DNA of 64,000 bases from Thermoproteota archaeon (GTDB lineage: Archaea > Asgardarchaeota > Jordiarchaeia > Jordiarchaeales > Freyrarchaeaceae), in the NCBI GenBank assembly GCA_029258835.1, contig JAPDJY010000030.1, positions 1 through 64,000 on the forward strand, written 5' to 3'. Positions 18,321-28,213 of the stretch are shown here, piece after piece (position 1 is the first letter of the stretch; each line of letters starts with the position of its first letter). The translations under genes and the position numbers were made by a program. The notes beneath the pieces were generated by a model, which had not been told where the DNA came from, ran no database searches, and saw nothing but the letters and a program-made list of their open reading frames with translations.

Positions 18321-19277
18321 GTGACATTAATTGATCTCATAGAAGACCGGCAAGTATCCTTCCTACTGTTTGGTGGCAAAGGTGGCGTTGGTAAGACTAG
18401 CTGTTCAGCCGCTTCAGCGGTATGGGCTGCTGAGCATGGCAGAGAAACCCTCATAATAAGCACCGATCCAGCTCATAGTTTAAGTGACAGCTTCAACCAG
18501 CAAATTGGAGGCGAAATAAGGGAAATTAAGGGTGTGAAAGGCCTCTTTGCCCTAGAACTCGACCCAAGAAAAGCTTTTGAAGAGTACCAGAAGAAACTTT
18601 CAGACATGGAGAACTTTGGTGAACAAGCGGAAATGGTTCTTCAAGAGATAGGTGCCTTCTCAACCGTTACTCCCCCAGGAGCCGACGAAGCCCTCGCATT
18701 CGCAAAGGTGCTAGAATTTATTGAAAACCCAGAGTATGACTTAGTGATCTTTGACACGGCTCCAACCGGGCATACACTCCGCCTCTTAAGTTTACCCGAC
18801 ATTCTGAATAGCTGGGTTGTAAGCCTGATAAAAATGCGGGTTTACATAAGCAAACTGGCCGGCCTTTTTAAGCGTTTAATTGGACGTGCCTCTGAAGAAG
18901 ATAAGACCCTCGAAGCCTTAGAGAAGCTGAGAAACACTATAGGAGTCGCGAGAGACATACTTAAAGACCCTCATGAAACAGCGTTCGTTATAGTCATGAT
19001 TCCGGAAGCTATGGCTATTTATGAAACTGAACGCTTGCTTTCATCCTTAATAGAGTATGAGATCCCATGTGACCACATAGTGGTTAACATGGTTTACCCA
19101 GAAATCCCTAACTGCCCTTTCTGCCGTGCAAGACGTCAAATGCAGCAGGAAAACTTAAAGGAAATAAGAGAAATATATGACGACTTTAACATAACAGAGA
19201 TTCCCCTTTTCAACACAGAAATAAGAGGGATTGAAAAACTCAAGGAGTTGTCTAACATTCTTTTTGAAGCTACTTAA
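18321..19277 (+). CDS. ArsA/Get3 (TRC40) family ATPase, single domain
   Basis: GGKGGVGKT, STDPAHSLSD, PGADE and FDTAPTGHTLRLL motifs; CPFC dimerisation motif. Confidence 0.92.
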   Translation: MTLIDLIEDRQVSFLLFGGKGGVGKTSCSAASAVWAAEHGRETLIISTDPAHSLSDSFNQQIGGEIREIKGVKGLFALELDPRKAFEEYQKKLSDMENFGEQAEMVLQEIGAFSTVTPPGADEALAFAKVLEFIENPEYDLVIFDTAPTGHTLRLLSLPDILNSWVVSLIKMRVYISKLAGLFKRLIGRASEEDKTLEALEKLRNTIGVARDILKDPHETAFVIVMIPEAMAIYETERLLSSLIEYEIPCDHIVVNMVYPEIPNCPFCRARRQMQQENLKEIREIYDDFNITEIPLFNTEIRGIEKLKELSNILFEAT

Positions 19278-20391
19278 TGCTCATCGCGACAAGCTCTATT
19301 AAATCGTAAACTTCAATTTCTCCCTCAGCAACCTTCTCAAATTGCACCTTGCAGAATGGGCATGCGGTAACAAGAATGCTGGCTCCCGTAGCTATAGCTT
19401 CATTAACTCTATCTCTCCCTATCCTTTCCGACAGTTCGGGAAAGTTCACTTGAAGCCCCCCGCCACTGCCACAACACTTAGAGTTAGCTCTGCTCCACCC
19501 CATTTCAACCAACTGTACTCCTGGAATGCTTCTTAGGATCTCTCTCGGTTCATCGTACACTCCACAATGTCTCCCTAGGTGGCAAGGGTCATGGTACGTC
19601 ACCTTAACGTCTTTCCCGCCGAACGGGTTTCTCAGCTTAATTTTTCCCTCATCGATACGCCTCCGAACATATTGGGTTACGTGTAAAACTTCAACGTTTA
19701 AGGATGCGTTCAAGTTGGGATACTCCTTCGATAGTGCCATGTAACACCCTGCGCACGACGTAACCAAAACGCTACAGTCTAAGGCTTCTATAGCTTCTTT
19801 ATTATGTTTTGCATGTTCCTCGGCTAGCTTTTTATATCCCACTGCGGCAAGAGGGGCGCCACAGCACCATTCATCGTCTACAAGCGTGTACCCGTCACCC
19901 GCCGTCTTAAGAATCTTCACGGTTGACTCTGCTATGCTAGGCTGCCTGTACGCCGTGGTACAGCCAACAAAGTAGGCAACCTCCCCCTTCCCGGCTCTTC
20001 TCTCTTTAATCGAGGAGAACCTGTTTCTATGTGGCTCACCGTATGGGTTCCTCTCCTTTACGGTTTTCTCGGCCATTTCAACGGTTGACCTAGGAGCTAA
20101 CCCCTGCTCAACTAATGTGGCACGTACCTCCTTCATTATTTCTGGCACGTCAACCCGCGGCAAACACCATTCCTTACATAAACCGCAAGTTGCACACTGA
20201 TACATTACGTCTCCGATTCTCTCTCCTTCTTCTATGCATCCTTCACGCATATAATATGCTAAGAGGCATTTCCCGTAGGGTGTTACCGTTTCAAGCTTAA
20301 GCTGGTTTGCGACTACGCAGACGAAGCGGCACATCTTCATGCAGTCTATTCCGCATAGAACAATAGGATCAGCTTTTACCTCCATAAACAC
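19270..20391 (-). CDS. (Fe-S)-binding protein with CCG domains (GlpC/HdrD-like)
   Basis: CATCGLCKEWC, WCCG, YHDPCHLGR, CCGSGGG and TACPFC motifs. Confidence 0.88.
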   Translation of the reverse strand: MFMEVKADPIVLCGIDCMKMCRFVCVVANQLKLETVTPYGKCLLAYYMREGCIEEGERIGDVMYQCATCGLCKEWCLPRVDVPEIMKEVRATLVEQGLAPRSTVEMAEKTVKERNPYGEPHRNRFSSIKERRAGKGEVAYFVGCTTAYRQPSIAESTVKILKTAGDGYTLVDDEWCCGAPLAAVGYKKLAEEHAKHNKEAIEALDCSVLVTSCAGCYMALSKEYPNLNASLNVEVLHVTQYVRRRIDEGKIKLRNPFGGKDVKVTYHDPCHLGRHCGVYDEPREILRSIPGVQLVEMGWSRANSKCCGSGGGLQVNFPELSERIGRDRVNEAIATGASILVTACPFCKVQFEKVAEGEIEVYDLIELVAMSIK

Positions 20392-20406
20392 ACACCATCT
20401 GCACGT

Positions 20407-21846
20407 TTATAATCCTAATTTTCCCGGATTCATTATGTTATTCGGGTCAAGTACACGTTTAATCTTCTTTAGCACGTTAAACGCCTCGCCGTGCTCTTTA
20501 TGCATCCATCCCGCCCTTACGATCCCGATCCCATGGTGATGGCTTATTGAGCCACCAGCCTTAAGGCATGCATCAAGTGCATCTCTCCAAGCAGAACTGT
20601 AAACCTCTAAGGCTTTCTCAGGATCCTGCTGCTGGGTGAAGAAAATCATGTAGATGGAGCCTCCATCCTCGTAGAAATGGGAGAAGTGCGCCATCATGGT
20701 CACTCCTGGATTTTTCCTCTCTACAGCCTCCTTGACCGTCCAGTAAAGCTTCTCCAGCCTGTCGTATGGAGCGGCCACATCTACCGTGTCAGCGATTATC
20801 CCGTAAGCTGACCTGAACGGGTCAGGGTAATACATGTCATACCTATGATTCCACCAGTGCTCCGCCAGCTCTTTTTCAACTTCGACGCCGCCCTCCTCCA
20901 AGCATACTTGGGTCGCTACTTTCTCCTCTACTTCCACCATTTCCTTCATCCCGTCAAATGCCAGTATGAGGTAGGATCCTCCTTCTGGAAGCTCGGCCCT
21001 ACCCTTAAGAGTGAACTGTGCATCAAGGTAGTCATAAAGTCTTATGACGCATGGTCTTAACCCTTTACGGAAAAGTTTGATAACTGCTTCTATTCCTGAA
21101 TGAAGATCCTTGAATATGAACGCCCTAAACCTCCTCTCCTCAGGGAGAGGCTTTATCTTCAACGTCACCTCAGTTATTATTCCAAGTGTTCCCTCGGATC
21201 CTATAAAAAGCTGCTTCAAATCCGGACCTGTTGCTGATCGAGGCACGGGCTTAGTTCTTATAATCTCTCCTGTTGGCAAGACGACTTCAAGCGCTACCAC
21301 CATATCCTCTATTTTTCCATACTTTGACGAGAGGGACCCGGCAGACCGGCAGGCAACAAATCCGCCTATCGTTGAACAGTAGAGGGAGGCTGGATAATGC
21401 GGCAAGGTGTAACCCTGCTTGTTTAGCTCTTTCTCCAACACTTCACCTATTATCCCTGGCTGGACCGTTACTAAAAGAGACTTATGATCTATACTGACAA
21501 TTTTATCCATTTTTTTGAGGTCTATTATTATTCCACCGTTAACAGGTATGGTTCCTCCGCAGACGCCAGCTCCTCCACCAAACGGTATTAATGGTATCTT
21601 AAGCATATTCGCAAGTTTAACTATCTCTGAGACTTGCTCGGCGTTTTCCGGATGAACTATAAAATCTGGCTCAGGAAGAAATTCCTTCTTTTTTATCCAG
21701 ATAGCAGTCAACGGCCAAGCATCTCTAGAATAACATACTATGTCTGCAACATCAGCATAGACGTTTCCCTCCCCCACAATTCTAACCAGTTCATTGTAAA
21801 CCATCTCTCTCCAGAAACTATTCCGGCCAGGCATGTTTCGCTCCAC
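20407..21846 (-). CDS. FAD-binding oxidoreductase, alkyl-dihydroxyacetonephosphate synthase-like
   Basis: PFGGGAGVCGG, HYPAS..STIGG, SSKYGKIED, PRSATGPDL, GSEGTLG and SHHHGIG motifs (VAO/AGPS family). Confidence 0.85.
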   Translation of the reverse strand: MERNMPGRNSFWREMVYNELVRIVGEGNVYADVADIVCYSRDAWPLTAIWIKKKEFLPEPDFIVHPENAEQVSEIVKLANMLKIPLIPFGGGAGVCGGTIPVNGGIIIDLKKMDKIVSIDHKSLLVTVQPGIIGEVLEKELNKQGYTLPHYPASLYCSTIGGFVACRSAGSLSSKYGKIEDMVVALEVVLPTGEIIRTKPVPRSATGPDLKQLFIGSEGTLGIITEVTLKIKPLPEERRFRAFIFKDLHSGIEAVIKLFRKGLRPCVIRLYDYLDAQFTLKGRAELPEGGSYLILAFDGMKEMVEVEEKVATQVCLEEGGVEVEKELAEHWWNHRYDMYYPDPFRSAYGIIADTVDVAAPYDRLEKLYWTVKEAVERKNPGVTMMAHFSHFYEDGGSIYMIFFTQQQDPEKALEVYSSAWRDALDACLKAGGSISHHHGIGIVRAGWMHKEHGEAFNVLKKIKRVLDPNNIMNPGKLGL

Positions 21847-21858
21847 ACATACACCTCC

Positions 21859-23109
21859 TTAACCTGCATAGAGTCTCCTCGCTAAGAAAACCGTTAAGTC
21901 GTCTACACTTATCCTGATCTTTTTCCTAGCTACTCCCTCAGAGATGTTAACTACGCAAAGGGGACAAGGCGTCACAACGAAGTCCACCTCTGCCTCTAAG
22001 ATCTTCTTCAACTTCTCACTTCTAATTTTACCTGCAATGGAAGGAAAGTGGAACTTGAGGAGTCCCCCTGCACCACAACACTCATCCGCACCCTCCATGC
22101 CTACGTACTCGACGTTAGGTAATGCTTTAAGGATCTCTTCAGCGTACTCTATCACATAACGCCCTACATGTCTGCTTAGATGGCATGGCTCATGCAGAGT
22201 TACTCTTACCTTACCTCCATGGGTTGCTTTCTCCCTTATAGCTTCAATTCCTACTTCCTCAAAGAGGTACTCTACTATATGTCTCACCGTAATCTGCTGT
22301 CTTAGCCGTTTCGCTGCATTCTTCAACTCCGAGGCGCAACCTGCACATGTAACCACGATCTCGCTTACATCAGCGTCTTTCATGCCCCTAAAAAATTCTT
22401 TCTGTAACGTATCTGCCGTTGCACCGTCTCCGATCAGCCTAACGGGAAGACCGCAACACTTCCATCCTTCAGGTATTCCGTAGTCCACATTGAACTTAGC
22501 TAGGACGAGCTTCCCTGCTTCCTTGACCTCTAGAAGCCTCGTCTCAGCTTGGCATCCTGGAAAATACGCAACCTTCCCCTTAGAGCCATCAAGAGGTGCA
22601 TCTTCAATGTACGGTAAACCAAGCCTTTCCAGCCGACCTCTAACGCTTTCCACCCTCTCTTCTCTATCCATCGGCTCAAAAATGTATCCATACCTTGAAA
22701 TGTTATCTAATAGTCTCCTAAGCTGTTCGGGAACTAAGTTCTGTCTTTGAACGAAGATCTTCGCTCTGATCAGTTTCACCGCTTCTGACACTGGAACATT
22801 CTTAGGGCACACCTCTTGGCATCGGCCACATAACGTGCACATGTAAACTACATCTTTTGTCTGCCAGAACTCCCTCACGTTTCTTGATAGCTCATCCGCT
22901 ATTCCCCGAGGACCAGGGTAGAACTGGCTGGTAGCCTTAAAAACCGGGCAGTAAGTGATGCAAAGGGAGCAGTTTTGGCAGTTTTCTATTTGACTGAAAA
23001 CTTCGGCTTCGTACGATGTAAAAACCGAGATATCCTCCTCAGCGAGGATCTTACTTATATGCTCCATTTCCCTTCTCCCCAAAGTAAGCCACCTCACCTC
23101 TTCAAACAA
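21859..23109 (-). CDS. glpC: Anaerobic glycerol-3-phosphate dehydrogenase subunit C-like Fe-S protein
   Basis: Two CxxCxxCxxxCP ferredoxin motifs and two CCG domains; follows glpB. Confidence 0.8.
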   Translation of the reverse strand: MFEEVRWLTLGRREMEHISKILAEEDISVFTSYEAEVFSQIENCQNCSLCITYCPVFKATSQFYPGPRGIADELSRNVREFWQTKDVVYMCTLCGRCQEVCPKNVPVSEAVKLIRAKIFVQRQNLVPEQLRRLLDNISRYGYIFEPMDREERVESVRGRLERLGLPYIEDAPLDGSKGKVAYFPGCQAETRLLEVKEAGKLVLAKFNVDYGIPEGWKCCGLPVRLIGDGATADTLQKEFFRGMKDADVSEIVVTCAGCASELKNAAKRLRQQITVRHIVEYLFEEVGIEAIREKATHGGKVRVTLHEPCHLSRHVGRYVIEYAEEILKALPNVEYVGMEGADECCGAGGLLKFHFPSIAGKIRSEKLKKILEAEVDFVVTPCPLCVVNISEGVARKKIRISVDDLTVFLARRLYAG

Positions 23110-24416
23110 TACGTTGCGTTCAAACCTGCAAAATAACCTGTGGCAGCTGCTACGCCAACTCCGCTCCTCTCCTTCACGTAGTCGTACCCTGAAATTATCG
23201 ATCCAGCAGCAAAGAGGTTTTCATAGGGTTTTCCCCTCAGGGTTAGCGGCTTCATTTGGGGGTTAACTTTGACTCCGCACGCGATTAAGGGCTGCTGTGA
23301 GAATGGATCCCTAACTAAAAGCTTAGGTATTTTCCGCTCATCTAAAGGCTGCCCTCTTCCATCGTACACGGGAAGACCGAAAACCGCCTCTTTCACCATG
23401 TCCTCTTCCTCGGTCAGTCCTCCTCCAATGAACTTTCCTGTTGCCAAAATGCAGGCACCTACTCTGACAGGGATCTTTTTCTCTCCAGACTCGAGTATGA
23501 TTTCTTTAACTCTCATGTTTTCTTCTCTGAAGCCAGCCGCTTTGTACCCCCGAATAACTCTCACTTTTCTTTTTCTCACGCACTCCTCAAGGATCTTAAC
23601 CATCCTCTGCCCCGGGATCGATGGAGGCGGAGATATTAACTCAAAAACCTTAGCACCTGCTTCCTCTTCTATCACTTTCATGTTTTCTTCAGGTGATTCG
23701 AAACCCAACGTGGGGAGCGCTATGTGGGTGGCTTCCCTTTCAGCCACCGCCTTCCGTAGAGCTTCTCCTAGCTCCTTTCTGAATTCATCATCATCCATCA
23801 TCCTAGCCAACTCTATAAATGTAAGATTGAATTTCCTTAAGCGGGGATGACTCAGCCAAGTATACATGGCCTCTTTAAGGTTCACGTTGAATTTTGAGGC
23901 AATATACTCTGCACCCGACGCGCAGAAAGCTGGATTAAAGCCCAGTAACCCCCTGAAACCTGCTATAAGGAGTGAAGCATCCGATAAATCATCTACTTTC
24001 CCGTTAAAGATTGTATGCGGGGCTAGGCAAGTGACTTTAAAGCTTCCGATAGTATTCATGAGAATGACGTTCCTTTCAATGTCACCCTCAAGCCTTATCC
24101 CTGACGAGGTGAGGTCAATAAAGTATTCGACCGCCTCCTTAACCCTTCTAACGCTCTCTTCTCCATTACCTCTCCCGATGATAGCGTAGGGGTGGGTTGG
24201 CGCCGTCTTAACCGTTACTTCTACACCCTTTAGCGGATTCAAGAAGAGCCCTTGACTTGGCGGATAGGCCATCACATCCACTACTCCGGCAGACTGGTAA
24301 GTTGCACCTGAACCCTTATCAACGACTAACACTTCTAATCCTTCATCTGCGGTTTTTGCTGCCGCCACTAGCCCTGCTATCCCTCCACCTATGACGAGCA
24401 CTTCAGCCTCAAGCAT
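23094..24416 (-). CDS. glpB: Anaerobic glycerol-3-phosphate dehydrogenase subunit B
   Basis: VIGGGIAG, PPSIPGQR, LATGKFIGGGL, NLFAAGS and GVGVAAATG motifs. Confidence 0.88.
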   Translation of the reverse strand: MLEAEVLVIGGGIAGLVAAAKTADEGLEVLVVDKGSGATYQSAGVVDVMAYPPSQGLFLNPLKGVEVTVKTAPTHPYAIIGRGNGEESVRRVKEAVEYFIDLTSSGIRLEGDIERNVILMNTIGSFKVTCLAPHTIFNGKVDDLSDASLLIAGFRGLLGFNPAFCASGAEYIASKFNVNLKEAMYTWLSHPRLRKFNLTFIELARMMDDDEFRKELGEALRKAVAEREATHIALPTLGFESPEENMKVIEEEAGAKVFELISPPPSIPGQRMVKILEECVRKRKVRVIRGYKAAGFREENMRVKEIILESGEKKIPVRVGACILATGKFIGGGLTEEEDMVKEAVFGLPVYDGRGQPLDERKIPKLLVRDPFSQQPLIACGVKVNPQMKPLTLRGKPYENLFAAGSIISGYDYVKERSGVGVAAATGYFAGLNATYCLKR

Positions 24417-24418
24417 TT

Positions 24419-26053
24419 TCAGTCCTCCAAAGGTGTTACATCATCCATTGAACCAACACAGTTGTAAGCTGCCTGAGTTATCTCCCACTCACTAAGCTGG
24501 CTTCCTCTTAATACAATACTATGTCCTTTACACCTTTCCGTTAGGAATGCTTTTAGCTCTCTAAAGGCTTCGCTTGCGCTCATTCCTCTTTCCTCGGCGA
24601 GTATTGCCGCCGCTTTGTATGCACACGAGAATCCTTGGCAGGGACCCATACCCATCCGCGTCCTCCTTCTTAAGTCTTCTAGAGTTTTCCCCCACTCGCC
24701 TCTTATTGCATGCCGTAGCTCAGCCTCCGTAACAGACTCGCAGAGGCAGACACTCGTTAAAGCAGATGGGTCGCTTTCTGCACGCGCCAAGATGTTCTGG
24801 CTTAGAGCTCCCTGCCTTGAAGCCAGCCTGCTGACGGTATGGGGAGAAACATTATACTTTAAACTTAACTTGTTTAGGTCTACTTCCCCCTCTGCTCCTG
24901 GAAGAGGCTCCAAATGCGTCCTGCATGCCGCCTCCCGTCCAAGCTTCTCGCAAACTAAATCTGTTATCTTTTCAGCCATTGCCCGGCATACCACCAGTTT
25001 ACCTCCCTCGACGCTTATTAAGCCCTTAACGCCGTCTCTTTCCTCGTGATCGACGACTTTAAAGTTTCTGGTTACGTCTCCCTCCGGGATCCACCACTGA
25101 GCGATGAGCGGTCTAACCCCGCACATAACCCTAACTATACGCGCCTCCCTTATGGATGGGACAGCCATTTCCATGCTTGAAATCAAATACTCAACTTCAT
25201 CATATGTTGCCTCGGCATCGTCGGGGTCCGTGAATATGTCGATGGCTGTTGTTCCGAGGATAGCCCCTGTCTCGTGTGGGAAAAGATATACAGATCTGCC
25301 ATCAAGTGCACGGCAAATTATTCCAAAACCTGTGATCCTCCTGTCGAAAACAACATGTGTGCCCTTGTTGAGCCTTAACGTCTGGCTTACGCCGGCCATT
25401 CTTGAAATCTTGGGAACCCACGCTCCAGCCGCGTTAACCACGATCTTACCGTAAACCTCCTCTTCTTTACCTGTAAGCCTATCTCTCACTTTAACCCCGT
25501 ACACTTCACCGTTCCTTTTTAGTATGTCAACAACTTCCGTGTATGTTCTTATCTCCGCGCCATGCTGCTTTGCTGATAAAGCCGTGAGAACTGCTAGTCT
25601 AAACGGGTCGATGAACATCTCATCGAAGTACGCTGCTAAAATAATGTTTGAGCTCAGTTTTGGCTCCAGTTTTCTGGCTTCTCTGGGTGATAAGATCAAG
25701 ATGGGGCTAGCCTGACGCTTCCGGGTTAAAGTCCCGTAGGTGTCAACAAATTTTTCCCTAAGCTTTAACTCCTCCTCTGTGAGGATCGCTGTTAAGATGG
25801 GCGTTCTGAAAACTATGTGTTTAGCTATGCGTGACAGGTAAACTACCTCTCTAGTACACATTTCAGCAAAATCCGGTTCCTGAAGCGCATACTTTACCCC
25901 TCCCGAGATCATTCCTGCACAAGCACCAGTAGCCCCTGACGCTAAGTCTTTCCTTTCAAAGAGAATCGTTTTTAATCCACGCATAGCGCAGTCTCTTGCT
26001 ATGCTTGTACCAGTGGATCCGCCTCCAATAACTATAACATCATAAGTGTTCAT
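24419..26053 (-). CDS. glpA: Anaerobic glycerol-3-phosphate dehydrogenase subunit A
   Basis: DVIVIGGGSTG...RDCAMRG, VNAAGAW and GVRPL motifs; C-terminal CLCE...RRTRMGMGPCQGFSC (BFD-like). Start placed at ATG 26053. Confidence 0.88.
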   Translation of the reverse strand: MNTYDVIVIGGGSTGTSIARDCAMRGLKTILFERKDLASGATGACAGMISGGVKYALQEPDFAEMCTREVVYLSRIAKHIVFRTPILTAILTEEELKLREKFVDTYGTLTRKRQASPILILSPREARKLEPKLSSNIILAAYFDEMFIDPFRLAVLTALSAKQHGAEIRTYTEVVDILKRNGEVYGVKVRDRLTGKEEEVYGKIVVNAAGAWVPKISRMAGVSQTLRLNKGTHVVFDRRITGFGIICRALDGRSVYLFPHETGAILGTTAIDIFTDPDDAEATYDEVEYLISSMEMAVPSIREARIVRVMCGVRPLIAQWWIPEGDVTRNFKVVDHEERDGVKGLISVEGGKLVVCRAMAEKITDLVCEKLGREAACRTHLEPLPGAEGEVDLNKLSLKYNVSPHTVSRLASRQGALSQNILARAESDPSALTSVCLCESVTEAELRHAIRGEWGKTLEDLRRRTRMGMGPCQGFSCAYKAAAILAEERGMSASEAFRELKAFLTERCKGHSIVLRGSQLSEWEITQAAYNCVGSMDDVTPLED

Positions 26054-26138
26054 TTTACGAATCACCTTCCACATATTCACCCTTAAGGGGTCTTTTACGG
26101 AAGATAAAATTAAGAGCCCTTCAAAAGTTTCCGAGTGG

Positions 26139-27599
26139 TTATGATTGTGAAACTTCAGCATAGCTTGACAGTAGAATGCTCATAAATTTAGGGTGCATTT
26201 CATCGTAAATTTTCTTGTTTTCTTGGTTTGGATTTCTTACTTCTAGAATTTTAACCATGTTTTCCACGGCCTTCTCCACTGTTGGAAATATCTTAACGCC
26301 TATGCATGCTAGAATGGCGGCGCCTAAACCTCCTGCCTCCTCTACCTGTGGAACAACAACCCTTTTTCCTGTTATGTCCGCTTGGATCTGTCTCCAGAGC
26401 TTAGACCTCGCTCCTCCCCCGTCTATCCTCAGTTCTTCTATGGGAATTCCCATCCCTGAAATCATTTCCAGAAGCCCTCTTATTCCAAACCCATTACACT
26501 CCATGATGGCCCTAACTAGGTGTCCTCGCGTGTGGGCAAATGAAAGGTTATGCATCGACCCTTTACCAAAGTTGAAAAGAGGTATTATGACTAATCCGTC
26601 AGCTCCTGGTTTAACCATTTCAGCTTCATCCTCAAGAATATTGTATGCATCCACCCCGACGGTTTCGGCAACATCCTTTTCTAGCTGTCCGAAGTTATCG
26701 CGGAACCATTTTAAGATCGCCCCTGTTCCTGGAATGACTCCTTCCAACACCCATTTTTTCTCTAAGACATGAGGCAATGTGAAAAGTATGCCTAATGGAT
26801 CGTAGACCGGTTTGTCTAAGAGGGCATCCACAAAGGTCCCGGTTCCAGTGGTTGCTTTAACTATCCCGTGGGCGACCGCCCCAACACCTACGCATGCACA
26901 CTGCTGGTCTCCTCCACCAACGACAACGGGCGTTCCTCTTTTGAGTCCGGTTTCCTCCGCAGCTTCTCTCGTTACTTCTCCAATTACGGTTCCTGACTGG
27001 TACAGGTTCACCCACTTATCCACTGTTACTCCAACTTCCTCGGCTAACTCTTCTTTCCATGCTAGTTTTTCCACATCAAATGGACCGTAAAACGCGTTTG
27101 AATAGTCTGAACCCAGAACCCCAGCAAGTTTAAGGTAAAAGTATGAGTCCACAAAGATAAACTTATACGTTTGCTCAAAGACCGAGGGCAAGTTCTCCTT
27201 TATCCATAATGCTTTATTTACGCTTTCTCTCTGTCCTATCTCTTTCTTTAATTTTTGAGCTGAAGGGGGAACTCTAGTGTCCATCCACGTTATCGCCCTG
27301 TAGATGGGGGTGCCTTCTTTATCTATCGGTGTCAAGGTCGCCCTCTGGGTGCAAACGCTAACTGCTAATATGTTTGATGGTGAGACACGTGAAAGCTTTA
27401 TGGCCCTTTGCATGGTGGTTGCTGCAGCTCTCCACCAGTCATCAGGGTTTTGCTCGGATTGTCCTGGAACCTCGGAAATAGTAGGGTACTCTTCATAACT
27501 TCTTCCGACAATGGATCCTTGGGTGTCAAATATAATTGCTCGAACACCCGTCGTACCAGCATCAAAAACTGCCACGAAACTTCTCTCTACATTTTTCAT
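26139..27599 (-). CDS. FGGY-family carbohydrate kinase (glycerol/xylulose kinase-like)
   Basis: DAGTTGVRA, TQRAT, WMDTR, GGGDQQ and DGGGARS motifs. Confidence 0.88.
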   Translation of the reverse strand: MKNVERSFVAVFDAGTTGVRAIIFDTQGSIVGRSYEEYPTISEVPGQSEQNPDDWWRAAATTMQRAIKLSRVSPSNILAVSVCTQRATLTPIDKEGTPIYRAITWMDTRVPPSAQKLKKEIGQRESVNKALWIKENLPSVFEQTYKFIFVDSYFYLKLAGVLGSDYSNAFYGPFDVEKLAWKEELAEEVGVTVDKWVNLYQSGTVIGEVTREAAEETGLKRGTPVVVGGGDQQCACVGVGAVAHGIVKATTGTGTFVDALLDKPVYDPLGILFTLPHVLEKKWVLEGVIPGTGAILKWFRDNFGQLEKDVAETVGVDAYNILEDEAEMVKPGADGLVIIPLFNFGKGSMHNLSFAHTRGHLVRAIMECNGFGIRGLLEMISGMGIPIEELRIDGGGARSKLWRQIQADITGKRVVVPQVEEAGGLGAAILACIGVKIFPTVEKAVENMVKILEVRNPNQENKKIYDEMHPKFMSILLSSYAEVSQS

Positions 27600-27664
27600 T
27601 CATGCTCCCTCCATTATGTATTGAAAACCCGCCCTTATATTTTATTTTTTCACAGTCTCCTTTT

Positions 27665-28087
27665 TCAATATAATAATTTTTTAATGTATTCCGGTATTTT
27701 TGCTTTAGGCACGCTGTCCAGTTCTGGTATATACGGCTTCACGTCAAGAATAGGGCTTCCATCTAATGCGTCTAGCCCTCTAACCTTCAGAACGTTCCTT
27801 TTCCGCTCTAAAAGTTCCACGACAGTTAAGCCAATGCAGTTTGGCCTTAATGGTGATCTTGTACTTAGCACTCCAACTAAAGGTAATCTACTATTTCCTC
27901 TAGGGTGAACCTTCATTGGCACCTTCTTATCGGCTACCTTATGCATATAATAAATTACGAAAACATGTGAAAACCCCTCTATTCCATCTAATGCTTCCTG
28001 TAACTCGTTGTTAATGACGACTTCCGCCTCTTCTTCATTTATTACTTTAACCTGCCCTATTGGTTCAAATACTACTTTGGCCATCAC
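27665..28087 (-). CDS. tsaA: tRNA (N6-threonylcarbamoyladenosine(37)-N6)-methyltransferase TrmO
   Basis: GVLSTRSPLRPNCIGL and GLDALDGSPILDVKPY motifs. Confidence 0.9.
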   Translation of the reverse strand: MMAKVVFEPIGQVKVINEEEAEVVINNELQEALDGIEGFSHVFVIYYMHKVADKKVPMKVHPRGNSRLPLVGVLSTRSPLRPNCIGLTVVELLERKRNVLKVRGLDALDGSPILDVKPYIPELDSVPKAKIPEYIKKLLY

Positions 28088-28213
28088 TCATTCCCCCTCG
28101 GATTTTCATTTGCCATCTTCACATTCTTCACATTTGGTTTGCGTCTTCCACTGGCCTTCTAAAAATAATACTTAAAAGTTCTAAGTGATTGAAGCTGTAT
28201 GGGAGGTTAGAAA

